Source: a virus
Length of the DNA stretch: 64,000 nucleotides
Strand: one strand, 5' to 3'
Virus record (IMG/VR): IMGVR_UViG_3300010413_000005
Span: 49,819 to 113,818 of that record
How positions within the stretch are numbered: the first letter of the stretch is position 1; every line of letters starts with the position of its first letter. A program made the position numbers and the translations under genes. Of the stretch, positions 1 to 8,787 are shown piece by piece. The notes below the pieces were generated by a model. The model was given only the letters and a program-made list of their open reading frames with translations. It was not told the origin of the DNA and ran no database searches.

Positions 1-440
1 TTGGCTCGTTTGCCCAATTCTTCTATCAACGCGTTCAAATCACATCTCATGCCCTTTTTCGTGTTACCGGAGAACGGATCGTTCATGCACTTGGTAGAGA
101 ATTCGCTGGGTTCCATCTTGCGCGTTTTTACGTAATGATCGTGCTGTATACGCTCAAACGCCTTCCGTCCTACTTTCTGCATGTGTTTACGATAGTCCTT
201 GACTTCTCCTTGTAAGTGTATCCCTCCCTTTATGGTGAAGTTGCTGTACGCCAAACCGAGTTCTCCGAGCATCGATCTGATCAGATTACTTTTGTGTAGA
301 TACTTCAATCCTCCAGAGGAGAACTCTCCTCCCAATTTGTTGGGTTCGAATACCGTCACTTCGATATCGTAAAATTGATTGAAAACGTAAGACGCGACCA
401 ACCCGGAGATTCCTCCTCCTACCACAATTACTTTTTTCAT
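1..440 (-). CDS. FAD/NAD(P)-binding oxidoreductase, 3'-truncated by the window edge
   Basis: Absent from the ORF track. Manual translation from ATG at 440 gives MKKVIVVGGGISGLVASYVFNQFYDIEVTVFEPNKLGGEFSSGGLKYLH..., open to base 1. It has the Rossmann GxGxxG motif, an acidic residue ending beta-2 (VFE) and the GG motif of flavoproteins. Confidence 0.8.
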   Translation of the reverse strand, partial: MKKVIVVGGGISGLVASYVFNQFYDIEVTVFEPNKLGGEFSSGGLKYLHKSNLIRSMLGELGLAYSNFTIKGGIHLQGEVKDYRKHMQKVGRKAFERIQHDHYVKTRKMEPSEFSTKCMNDPFSGNTKKGMRCDLNALIEELGKRA

Positions 441-506
441 AAAACGTCCTTAAATACAAAACGCCCACCACGGCCGGAGATCGAAGCAGCCATAGCAGGC
501 GCCCTC

Positions 507-1391
507 CTAAACACGATTCGAAACCTCGTCCAAATCGGTTCCGGAAGGTGACCCTATGATACCTTCACCGATGAATCTACATATAATTTCTGCTACTATG
601 GCTATCCCTTCTATATCCATTTTTCCAGTTTTGGTGATGAACTTGCCATCCGAAAATTCTATCAAAAACAGCTTTTCTATTTCTCCTTTTCGAAAACATT
701 CCAGAGGAGCAGCTATCCTAATTTCAGCCTTTCTGATGCGTATGGATGGACAAATAGCGGCGACCGCTACGCGGCGATTCTTAGGCAACTCCAAATACAC
801 AGACATGTAACGGCTGTTCTTCATCCTATCGATTACCACCAAATCTCCGACCGAAGCGTTTTTGGATCGCGAAATTCTCTTGCCGGAAATATTGGACAAC
901 CTTTGGAAGAATCTCATACAGAAATCTCGCGCTCGATCCAATGCGTCGCTGGCAGCCGTTCTTTTGGATTCGGTGATTTTCTTTTTCGTGCTATCGTCCA
1001 TCGGAGACGCTTTACGCAAAGACGTAACGTTTTTACGCCTTTTGGCTTTCACCGCGGAAACCTCCGGTTTTGATTTTGTAATTCTGCCATTTACTATTCC
1101 CCAAGCTTCGATAGTCTTGTTCAACAACGCTATCAAATCTTCGTCTTCCAAATGTGTGAAACAATACGTTCGGCGATCTCCGTCTTCGTCGGTGATTCTT
1201 TCGCGTCGCATGTAATTGGATACTCTGAGACTATTCGATTTGCAATGTTTCCTCAACGCAACACATCGATTCCTCATCACGCAAGGCATCTTATCGATCG
1301 GAGAATCTCCTTTTCGTTCTCCGTCGCATTGCGTATCTTTACGGGAATAATACCCGAAACATCTAGGGTACTTTTTTTTGTTTTCGAGCAT
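507..1391 (-). CDS. Hypothetical basic protein with N-terminal Cys cluster (possible Zn binding)
   Basis: 294-aa ORF on the coding strand, overlapping the end of the sigma gene; CFGYY..C....C..RNRC...HC; Lys/Arg-rich. Confidence 0.6.
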   Translation of the reverse strand: MLENKKKYPRCFGYYSRKDTQCDGERKGDSPIDKMPCVMRNRCVALRKHCKSNSLRVSNYMRRERITDEDGDRRTYCFTHLEDEDLIALLNKTIEAWGIVNGRITKSKPEVSAVKAKRRKNVTSLRKASPMDDSTKKKITESKRTAASDALDRARDFCMRFFQRLSNISGKRISRSKNASVGDLVVIDRMKNSRYMSVYLELPKNRRVAVAAICPSIRIRKAEIRIAAPLECFRKGEIEKLFLIEFSDGKFITKTGKMDIEGIAIVAEIICRFIGEGIIGSPSGTDLDEVSNRV

Positions 1392-2391
1392 CTGAAAGCT
1401 TTTTTACCAGTTGTGAATACCAAGTCACGTAATCTGACACATATTTCCAAGTGTATTCAGCTCCTGAAACACCTCCTGTAATCAAATTGTATTTACCCTC
1501 TAAAACCAAAGTCTTATGAATCTTTCCCTTCTTCAAGAACAGTACCGCTCCCCAATGGTAGTAATGAACCTCTCTCGCCCATTCTCCGGCCGATTGGATA
1601 TCCCTGGCCGGATCGTTAGGTCTGGGATCAAGATTGCGTTTCTTGATTATCTTTCTGACGAAATCGTAATCGAATTTGTTATTCTTGCTTAGGTGTATCA
1701 TGGGCCAAGTACCCTTGTCTATATATATCTGTGATATCTCGGGAAATTCTGATTCTGCCAGATACGTAAACGCCCTCCTGATTCGTAGGCTGGAATAGTC
1801 GACCGCGTTCTTGCTCACACCGATATACTTGGCTATCAATCCGTTGGTCATCTCGGATTCGCCTTCGTTGTCCATGAAAATCATGAACGCCTCCGGTGGA
1901 TGACACATGATATCCAAAACGGTCCGATCTCGTTCGCACAACTTGTTTCTCAATTTCATTTTCAATTCCAGGCGACGCTGGTTGTCTTCGGATTGTTCGT
2001 AAACGGAATACGGATCCGGGATGTCTCCCTTGATAGTTTCTCCGGATTGCTCGGCCATCTCTTCTATCGAGACTAACTGCCAAGCCTGTTTGGAAACTAT
2101 CATCCGTCCGTTTCTTTCTTGAACTACGTGCGGAACCTTGGAATTGGTCATAGAATTCTGTATTATTCTTATGGCTTCGTATCTCAAAACCTTACTGACG
2201 AATCTGTGGAATTTACCTCTTCCGGCGTTGAAATCGTACGAATCGAAACACCTCTGAAACATGGCCACGCGCAATTCTTGCATTGCGTCGTCGAACGGGA
2301 TACCGGAAGCGATGTTGATTTTTCTAGCGTGCGTTTTCAGAATTGGCCATACGTGCTTTTCCAAATCCGCGTACAATTCTTGTAAAACCAT
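1363..2391 (-). CDS. RNA polymerase sigma-70-family factor with C-terminal extension
   Basis: Region-2-like FDDAMQELRVAMFQRCFDSYDFNAGRGKFHRFVSKVLRYEAI; region-4 HTH LCERDRTVL...MTNGLIAKYIGVSKNAVDYSSLRIRR. Start moved to ATG 2391 (AGGGAG SD). Confidence 0.7.
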   Translation of the reverse strand: MVLQELYADLEKHVWPILKTHARKINIASGIPFDDAMQELRVAMFQRCFDSYDFNAGRGKFHRFVSKVLRYEAIRIIQNSMTNSKVPHVVQERNGRMIVSKQAWQLVSIEEMAEQSGETIKGDIPDPYSVYEQSEDNQRRLELKMKLRNKLCERDRTVLDIMCHPPEAFMIFMDNEGESEMTNGLIAKYIGVSKNAVDYSSLRIRRAFTYLAESEFPEISQIYIDKGTWPMIHLSKNNKFDYDFVRKIIKKRNLDPRPNDPARDIQSAGEWAREVHYYHWGAVLFLKKGKIHKTLVLEGKYNLITGGVSGAEYTWKYVSDYVTWYSQLVKKLSDARKQKKVP

Positions 2392-4006
2392 TTCGATCTC
2401 CCTTTTTACCGAACAACTTCTTTCCCAGACCACTGTACAAAGCCAAGGGTAAATCATCCAATTTCATTATCGCGGAACAAACGGCTCCGGTTTTCTGATT
2501 GTAAAATGCGGCCACATCTATAGTAAGCACGCCTATGGATATCACTTCTATTCCGGATTTCGTTATCGTTTCCACAGATTCAGCCAAATGGTTGGCTAAA
2601 ATACCACTGTCGCATCCGTACGCCAAGGGCGCTCCGTCCGACAATACAATCAACACTTTGCGCTTTTCTTGTCGCACTATCAAACGTTTAGCAGCAGACA
2701 AAATCGCTTCTCCGTCCGCGTTATCCATGTATCCGTCGATGAAAGAGAATCTACTTCTGCACACATTTAGTCTTTCATCGAATTCCTTGAATACTATGTA
2801 ATCGAACGGCGCTCGAGCCTGATATATCTCGTCTTCGAAGTTGATTCCCTTCGGATATCTTTCCACATTGTTGTGAAATCCCAATACTTCAAACGGGATT
2901 CCCAATCTCTCTATGGTGTCGGATAATCCTACGGCGGATACTCTTACGTGCCAAGCCTTGGTCTTTTTCTTTTTCGCCTTGCCCATGGAACCGGACAAGT
3001 CAATCAAAATCAATATCGCTGTTGAAGTATCGACCGGAGCTCCGCGTTCATAATGCACGTTTCGATTACCGGTTATGACCGAATGTAGAGAAGAAGAATC
3101 CAGAAATCCGCTATCTCGGTCGCCGATCGGAGCGCGTTCCTTTTCCGCTCTCATTGTTTCGATAATCGCCCTGCGCATCGCCGAAGCATTCTTCTTCGTT
3201 TCTGACAAGTCGGATACGAACGTGGACGCGTTTCCGGTAGTCGGTTTCACCCAACGGTCCATGGCCAAACAATCCGGATGCGGAATGTATCTGCCATTCT
3301 TCAACACGTCGTTCTTTGATTCCTGTTCGATTTTGTCTTTCAATCGCGATTTGAAATCGAAAGATTGCTCTCCGGCCGGAGGGATGAACGAAATCATAGG
3401 AGATATCTTCTTGGCCAATTCGTATGTACTTTCGGAATCGGCAAGCGATTTCACAGACAAAAACATCTCAGATATCGGTTCGTATTCGGATCTAACGTGA
3501 TCCGGAATCCACCTCAAATCCAGATTCAACCCGTCGGATATCGCTGCGCACAAAAGCATTTTGAAGTCGGACAATTCTCCGGCCTTGGATTGCTTCTCTA
3601 ACAACTTCGACGCCTCATTGTTGGAGAAATCCAGATTGTCTTTCATTCCCGGATAAATCGCGCCGTATTTCAATTCTATTCTGATGTCTTCCAAAGCGTT
3701 GAATGCCGACTTCACTTTCACGTCGGATTCGTTTTTGTACAGATCTACGGCGCCCCTCAAACCGCGATTCTTGGAATACACTTCTTCGGCCGCGTGACAC
3801 AATTCGTGATCCAGTTCTCCGTTCAACGCGCGCATTGAGGACTTGCCCAGTTTGTCCGAATTGTAAGGCAATCTTATCACGGTTCCGTCGAAATCACAAC
3901 GGCATCCGGTCATTTCCACTGATACGTGGTAATTGTTCGATATCGCGCGCGCTATGTTAGCGAACGGAGTCTCCAGCTTCCGGAGGTGTTGAACAGATTT
4001 TTTCAA
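2324..4006 (-). CDS. CobT-like VWA-domain protein with N-terminal HExxH domain
   Basis: MIDAS ILIDLSGSM, ADGEAI and LIVLSDGAP; N-terminal HELCH and AFNALEDIRIE, typical of CobT-like partners; adjacent to a MoxR/CobS ATPase. Confidence 0.85.
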   Translation of the reverse strand: MKKSVQHLRKLETPFANIARAISNNYHVSVEMTGCRCDFDGTVIRLPYNSDKLGKSSMRALNGELDHELCHAAEEVYSKNRGLRGAVDLYKNESDVKVKSAFNALEDIRIELKYGAIYPGMKDNLDFSNNEASKLLEKQSKAGELSDFKMLLCAAISDGLNLDLRWIPDHVRSEYEPISEMFLSVKSLADSESTYELAKKISPMISFIPPAGEQSFDFKSRLKDKIEQESKNDVLKNGRYIPHPDCLAMDRWVKPTTGNASTFVSDLSETKKNASAMRRAIIETMRAEKERAPIGDRDSGFLDSSSLHSVITGNRNVHYERGAPVDTSTAILILIDLSGSMGKAKKKKTKAWHVRVSAVGLSDTIERLGIPFEVLGFHNNVERYPKGINFEDEIYQARAPFDYIVFKEFDERLNVCRSRFSFIDGYMDNADGEAILSAAKRLIVRQEKRKVLIVLSDGAPLAYGCDSGILANHLAESVETITKSGIEVISIGVLTIDVAAFYNQKTGAVCSAIMKLDDLPLALYSGLGKKLFGKKGDRNGFTRIVRGFGKARMANSENAR

Positions 4007-5118
4007 GTAGTTCCTCCGAAATGTCTCTGTACCAATCCGCCTACGAAAACGGAATCCGAAGCGTCCATCTTATTCAATATGGTGATTCGCGCCGCTCGAG
4101 TTACATCTTTCAGTTTCAAATTTTTGCGCGACCATTCGATCAACGACCGAGTTGAAATGGACGAATAGCAATCTCCTCTACTGCAAGACTCTCTAACCAT
4201 GTTGGCCAATCTGACCATCTTGGTCGCCGTTCGGTCGTCTATTCCCTTACACCGCTTCATCAATATGGATTTTTCCACTTTCGGACTCGGGAACGTCATA
4301 TATATCACGACTCCGAACCGATCGACGAATGACTCTTTTTGAGGCAAATCATTACATGTAGCGATGATTCTGAAATTGGGATCGAATTCGATCGATCTGC
4401 CTCCGTCTCCGGTGATTACCAGCTGGCGAGGTTTGGTCATGGCGGTGTACAACGAAAACGATATGTGTCCGGGCATCGCTTCGACTTCTTCCAACAGTAG
4501 CCAATAACCGCGATCGGCCGATATCGGTAGCGAACCGTCAAACCATTCGGTTTTTGATTGCCCGGTCTTCTTGTCGATGGTCACACCCTTTTCTCCGATG
4601 AATTCGGCTTTGCGCATATCCCCATCGTTTTGTACCCTCAATACCGGTTGATTGCAGATCGAAGCCAACTCCATAACCAGGGTGGATTTACCGACTCCGA
4701 CCGGTCCGTGTATCAGAACATTGTCGTCATCTTCGATTCCCAAAGACAACTCCTCAAGATGACCCGCTTCTCGATCTGATATGATCCATTCCGGATCATG
4801 TATCGGAACCATTTTGGAATCTCTCTCCGAGAGCTCTCTTTTGAAAGAAGGACTCGCAGCCCCTATTCTGAATACTGTAAAAGATGATCCGGTTCCCGGA
4901 TCGACTCCGATTATGTTATGGCGACTTGCCTCTTTGCGCAATTGGTGCGCTGCGTCGCTGACCGTCGGAGCTCCGGGATACTTGTTCAGATACGCGATGA
5001 CGTCCATATCGTGTTTCTTGTTCACGTGGACGTCTAATCGATGATACCATTGTCCGCATTCTTTACACTGTATTTTTTTGCGGCCTTTTCCGTCAATGCT
5101 GCTAGTAGGATCTCCCAT
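4003..5118 (-). CDS. CobS/MoxR-family AAA+ ATPase with N-terminal C2H2 zinc finger
   Basis: Walker A GPVGVGKS, variant Walker B LLLEEVE, FRIIATCN, DRF, lid motif ISTRSLIEW; N-terminal CKEC...HVNKKH. Confidence 0.85.
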   Translation of the reverse strand: MGDPTSSIDGKGRKKIQCKECGQWYHRLDVHVNKKHDMDVIAYLNKYPGAPTVSDAAHQLRKEASRHNIIGVDPGTGSSFTVFRIGAASPSFKRELSERDSKMVPIHDPEWIISDREAGHLEELSLGIEDDDNVLIHGPVGVGKSTLVMELASICNQPVLRVQNDGDMRKAEFIGEKGVTIDKKTGQSKTEWFDGSLPISADRGYWLLLEEVEAMPGHISFSLYTAMTKPRQLVITGDGGRSIEFDPNFRIIATCNDLPQKESFVDRFGVVIYMTFPSPKVEKSILMKRCKGIDDRTATKMVRLANMVRESCSRGDCYSSISTRSLIEWSRKNLKLKDVTRAARITILNKMDASDSVFVGGLVQRHFGGTT

Positions 5119-5127
5119 ATCTTTTTG

Positions 5128-5156
5128 AATATAATCCGCGTTTTTACGGAAGGCAA
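5128..5156 (-). promoter_or_regulatory. Putative sigma70-type promoter for the ATPase/VWA operon (near-leaderless)
   Basis: Minus strand TTGCCT-N17-TATATT, ending 9 nt before ATG 5118; no SD present. Confidence 0.5.
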
Positions 5157-5166
5157 GTGTATTTTA

Positions 5167-6189
5167 TCAGATTTTTATGTATATTTCTCCGAGAGCGTTT
5201 ATCCTATCCCTCAGAGCTGATACATATTCCTTACGATCTCCTGTGAATTTCTTGGCCTTTTCTATGGTTTCCATAGCTTGATCAAGATTGGATTTTCCCG
5301 GATCTATTCCGTCCGGTAATCTGCCGATGTACACGTTCCGGAAATGAGATGATAAGCGTTCCGCGACCTTGAACGGCGCCGTTTTCTCTTCCGGATCGAG
5401 CACTACGGTAACTCCGCACAATTCGTCCAGCCTGCACAGCAAATCAAACTGCTCGTCGTGAAGAACCTTGCCTCCCAGCCCTATCGTTGGAATGCCGTGT
5501 TGATTGAATATAACAGCATCTATCGGTCCTTCAACCACACAGAAATCGGTAGCGCCCAATTTCGCGATGTCCCAACCTATCAAAAGTCGTTTGTGGTCTA
5601 TTCCCTTTGGATTGAGATATTTTGGTTCCAGTTCTCCGGTCATATCCCGAGATGTGAACGATTGCCCGTTGGGACAAACTATCGGAATGATCAGTCTGTT
5701 CCTATATCTTCCACGAGTGCAATATCCCATGTTCCATGCGCGCGCGGTGTATGATTTGATTCTTCTACTCTTCAAATACTTCGGAAGTCTCCATTTGCCT
5801 TTTCGATAAATCGGCTTCATCTCGCTGGGCAGCTCCGCCATTACGTCGCCGTCCGGTAATTCGTCGTCGTCTTCGGATATCCTCAGAGATGCTATCCTAC
5901 TCTTCAACGTTTCCAGGTCATCTCTGCGTCGAAACTGAACAGCTTGGCGAAATACCAATCTGACCGCTTCTTCCCAAGATATGCCCTCCGCGGTCGCTAC
6001 CAACCCGAACACGCTGTTGCCTCTGAAATCGCACTTGAAACAAACATATTTTCCGGAACGCGTATTGAAGTAGAACGAACCGAACTTGCCGCAGGCCGGA
6101 CAAACTGCGGTCATCTCGTCGCCGGTTGAAGGTTTACAACGATCTAATCGGGATTCACCCCAAGAGCGTATATCAAACCCCTTGCTCAT
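5167..6189 (-). CDS. dnaG: DNA primase (Zn finger + TOPRIM)
   Basis: CPAC...CFKC Zn finger; NRLIIPI, SRD, PKYLN, VVEGPIDA, VVLDPE and DGIDP motifs. Confidence 0.9.
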   Translation of the reverse strand: MSKGFDIRSWGESRLDRCKPSTGDEMTAVCPACGKFGSFYFNTRSGKYVCFKCDFRGNSVFGLVATAEGISWEEAVRLVFRQAVQFRRRDDLETLKSRIASLRISEDDDELPDGDVMAELPSEMKPIYRKGKWRLPKYLKSRRIKSYTARAWNMGYCTRGRYRNRLIIPIVCPNGQSFTSRDMTGELEPKYLNPKGIDHKRLLIGWDIAKLGATDFCVVEGPIDAVIFNQHGIPTIGLGGKVLHDEQFDLLCRLDELCGVTVVLDPEEKTAPFKVAERLSSHFRNVYIGRLPDGIDPGKSNLDQAMETIEKAKKFTGDRKEYVSALRDRINALGEIYIKI

Positions 6190-6499
6190 GATCTCCGATT
6201 ACTTTGTCCACCAATTTCTTGAACATATTTCGTCGCTTTTGGTATTCCGGTTTGGATGGATCGTTGTTCGGACCCATCCACTTTTTCGGATCTCTGTCCA
6301 GCGCTCGTTTGATTCGTCTAAACGATTCCGACCACTCGAACTTCGCCGATGTCACGTTGCCCGTAGTCGCCAATTTGCGTAGCGACATACGATCGAAAGA
6401 ACCCAAGGAATCCAAAGCCAACATAGCCCAATAGCATTCGTCGTAAGTAGGCTTTTTTCCGCTTTTTGCCGCTTCTATGATTTCGAATAGCGTTCTCAT
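6173..6499 (-). CDS. Hypothetical protein
   Basis: 108 aa; ATGA-coupled to its neighbour within the replication operon. Confidence 0.6.
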   Translation of the reverse strand: MRTLFEIIEAAKSGKKPTYDECYWAMLALDSLGSFDRMSLRKLATTGNVTSAKFEWSESFRRIKRALDRDPKKWMGPNNDPSKPEYQKRRNMFKKLVDKVIGDHEQGV

Positions 6500-6717
6500 T
6501 TCTTATCCCTGGCTATCCATGTGCGCAATTCTCTGCCGACCAATTCGGTGGCTTCCGTGTATCCGAATCCGCCTCTTTCCGCGATTCGTTCGGCGCTTTG
6601 TCCGCAATGATATTTCTTATCATAAGCCAACCAAATTTCCAAATGCTCTTCCCAAGAAATGGTTCCTCTCGGATGTCCGTTTTCAGCCTGTATCGGTGCA
6701 CGTTTTTGTTCGCTCAT
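6496..6717 (-). CDS. Small hypothetical phage protein
   Basis: 73 aa, coupled to the helicase stop; contains QSAERIAERGGFGY. Confidence 0.6.
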   Translation of the reverse strand: MSEQKRAPIQAENGHPRGTISWEEHLEIWLAYDKKYHCGQSAERIAERGGFGYTEATELVGRELRTWIARDKK

Positions 6718-8114
6718 CTTCTGTCCTCAACTTCCTTCTCCCGGATTCTCATCTTGTGATATTCAGCGAGCGCCGGAACGATCTTGCCGGATTCTCCGTC
6801 GCGATGTTTCGCTATGAACAAATCGAGCGCTTTCTCCGGTCCTTCTTCCGGAGCTTCAAATTCCTCGTCAATCTCTTCGTCGTCTTCGGTGACCTTGACT
6901 TCTTTCTTCCTGTTCTGTTTGCCGTAATCCGGATCGTTCACGCTGATAATCAAGTCGGCAATTCGAGCCTTGTCGTAGCTTTCGGCCGTCCCTTCAGCCA
7001 TAGCCGTTTTATCAGCCCACTGAGAACCAGCGTGAACGCTGGAATATATGGCGTATCCTTCGTCTTCTCCTAACCCCTTGGCTCTCCAATAAACCTCAGA
7101 TTGCTGCAGCCGAAATTTCTCTCCTCTCATATTCGTGGCCAATATGTGATCCAACGAATCGAAACAAATCAACTTCGGCCGCCAACCGTCGAATTGTTCT
7201 TTCAAATCCTCCAAAAGCGTAATCACGTCTTCGAACGTTGCGGACCGGACCGGGAACGAGGCGATTTTCAATTTGTTATTGAACTTCTTGGCCATCTTTT
7301 TGTAGCGCTTATCGATGGCTCGAGCGTCCTGCGGTGTGAGATTGTAACCCTTCAAATCCTTGTAGTTCATTCCCAACCACAAAGCATCAGCTCGAGTCGC
7401 GACCTGGCGCGCCGGCATTTCGAACGGTATCACAAGAGTCTCATATCCCTGCTTTATCGAGTGGTACGCCAGATTGTTGAGAGCGATCGATTTGCCTTTA
7501 CCGGTCGTTCCCATTATCAGACCCAACTCTCCTATTCGCAACCCCTTTGTTATATTGTCTATCGTCTTCCATCCGGTCATTATCGCTGTTACTTCGTCCG
7601 GATGTTCTCTTTCGTATTTTCTGGCGTCTTGACGATCGTAAAACTCCTCTACCCAATTGATCAGAGTGTACTTTCTCTCCTCAACTTTCTTTTTGCTGGC
7701 TTCTCCGAAAACCTTGTAAACGTCGTCCAAGTCTCCGTCTTCGAGATGTTTTGCCCCCTGTTCCAAAGCCAGCTGCGCGTTTACATACAAAACGAATTTC
7801 TTCAATCGCTCGAGCGCCAATTTCGGATTATCCGCGCGTTTCTTGGCTATCCTCTTCACCGCTTGCAGATGGGATAGTCTCTCCTCTTGTTTCCTGCGGA
7901 AGTTCTCCTTGGCTATGGCCATGTACATTTTCGGAGTCGGAGTCTCTCCGAATTGCGTCAAAGAGTATCTCAACACGCTCCAAATCCAAGAGCGCTCCTT
8001 GCTTCCGAAATGATGAGCGTCGCAGATCCGGATGGCCTGTTTCGCGTACGCCTTGTCGCGCATCGCACAAGCTAAGATGGTTTCTTCAAACTCTTTATCG
8101 AACTTACGATCCAT
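6714..8114 (-). CDS. dnaB: DnaB-like replicative helicase
   Basis: TGWKTIDNITKGLRIGEL, Walker A GTTGKGKS, FEM, CFDSLD, ADLII, IAKHRDG. Confidence 0.9.
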   Translation of the reverse strand: MDRKFDKEFEETILACAMRDKAYAKQAIRICDAHHFGSKERSWIWSVLRYSLTQFGETPTPKMYMAIAKENFRRKQEERLSHLQAVKRIAKKRADNPKLALERLKKFVLYVNAQLALEQGAKHLEDGDLDDVYKVFGEASKKKVEERKYTLINWVEEFYDRQDARKYEREHPDEVTAIMTGWKTIDNITKGLRIGELGLIMGTTGKGKSIALNNLAYHSIKQGYETLVIPFEMPARQVATRADALWLGMNYKDLKGYNLTPQDARAIDKRYKKMAKKFNNKLKIASFPVRSATFEDVITLLEDLKEQFDGWRPKLICFDSLDHILATNMRGEKFRLQQSEVYWRAKGLGEDEGYAIYSSVHAGSQWADKTAMAEGTAESYDKARIADLIISVNDPDYGKQNRKKEVKVTEDDEEIDEEFEAPEEGPEKALDLFIAKHRDGESGKIVPALAEYHKMRIREKEVEDRR

Positions 8115-8787
8115 TATATCCCATAGATTTGGACATTTCTGTTGCTTCTTTGGTTCTGTAATCTCCTCCTAACATTTCCACTGTTTTATATTTCCCAGTA
8201 AGCATTGAGCTGATCGTCGGACCGTACGATTCACGCAGATCCTTTTCACTGAGATTGGAAGCCAACAACGTAGGGAAAGCGTTGTCGTATCTGTTCTTCA
8301 ACAGAGCTTCCAAACGAGAAGCCAAGAACCCACTTTTCGAAGTGTGCTCTTTGCCCAGCTCGTCTATGAACAGAAAATCGGAGTTCAAACAATATCGCAA
8401 CAGTTCGGCCGCGACCGGACTGTCGAATCCGATTTTGATATTGGTATCCAAATCGCTCAAAGTGGTGTAATAAATCCTGTACCCTACTCGGACCGCTCTT
8501 CCCAAGATGTAACAGCCGAACATGGTTTTTCCGTTGCCGTTATCGCCCACGAATAGCAATCCGTATCCATTGTTGTACGCTCTGTGTAGTTTATTCTTGT
8601 ATTTGAGCACTACCGACTGAAAGATATCCACGTTGTGTGTGACGTCCGACGATTTGACGTACCAATGAATCGATGGAACACAACCCCTGTAAAGAGCCAA
8701 GTCGTATCTGTGTTTTGAGTTCTTCAGGTTGTATTTTCTGTCCATCGCGAACGATAGGACTTCGCTATCACTTCTCATTCGAATCAC
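8104..8787 (-). CDS. DnaC/IstB-like ATPase (helicase loader)
   Basis: GLLFVGDNGNGKT, DFLFIDELGKE, RY...PTLLASN, GGDYR; lies between the initiator and DnaB. Confidence 0.85.
   Translation of the reverse strand: MIRMRSDSEVLSFAMDRKYNLKNSKHRYDLALYRGCVPSIHWYVKSSDVTHNVDIFQSVVLKYKNKLHRAYNNGYGLLFVGDNGNGKTMFGCYILGRAVRVGYRIYYTTLSDLDTNIKIGFDSPVAAELLRYCLNSDFLFIDELGKEHTSKSGFLASRLEALLKNRYDNAFPTLLASNLSEKDLRESYGPTISSMLTGKYKTVEMLGGDYRTKEATEMSKSMGYNGS

Noticed and set aside
2324-5118. Cobalamin biosynthesis (true cobS/cobT)
   Set aside because: No cobN or other cob genes are present; the extra Zn-finger and HExxH domains fit the phage MoxR/VWA type.
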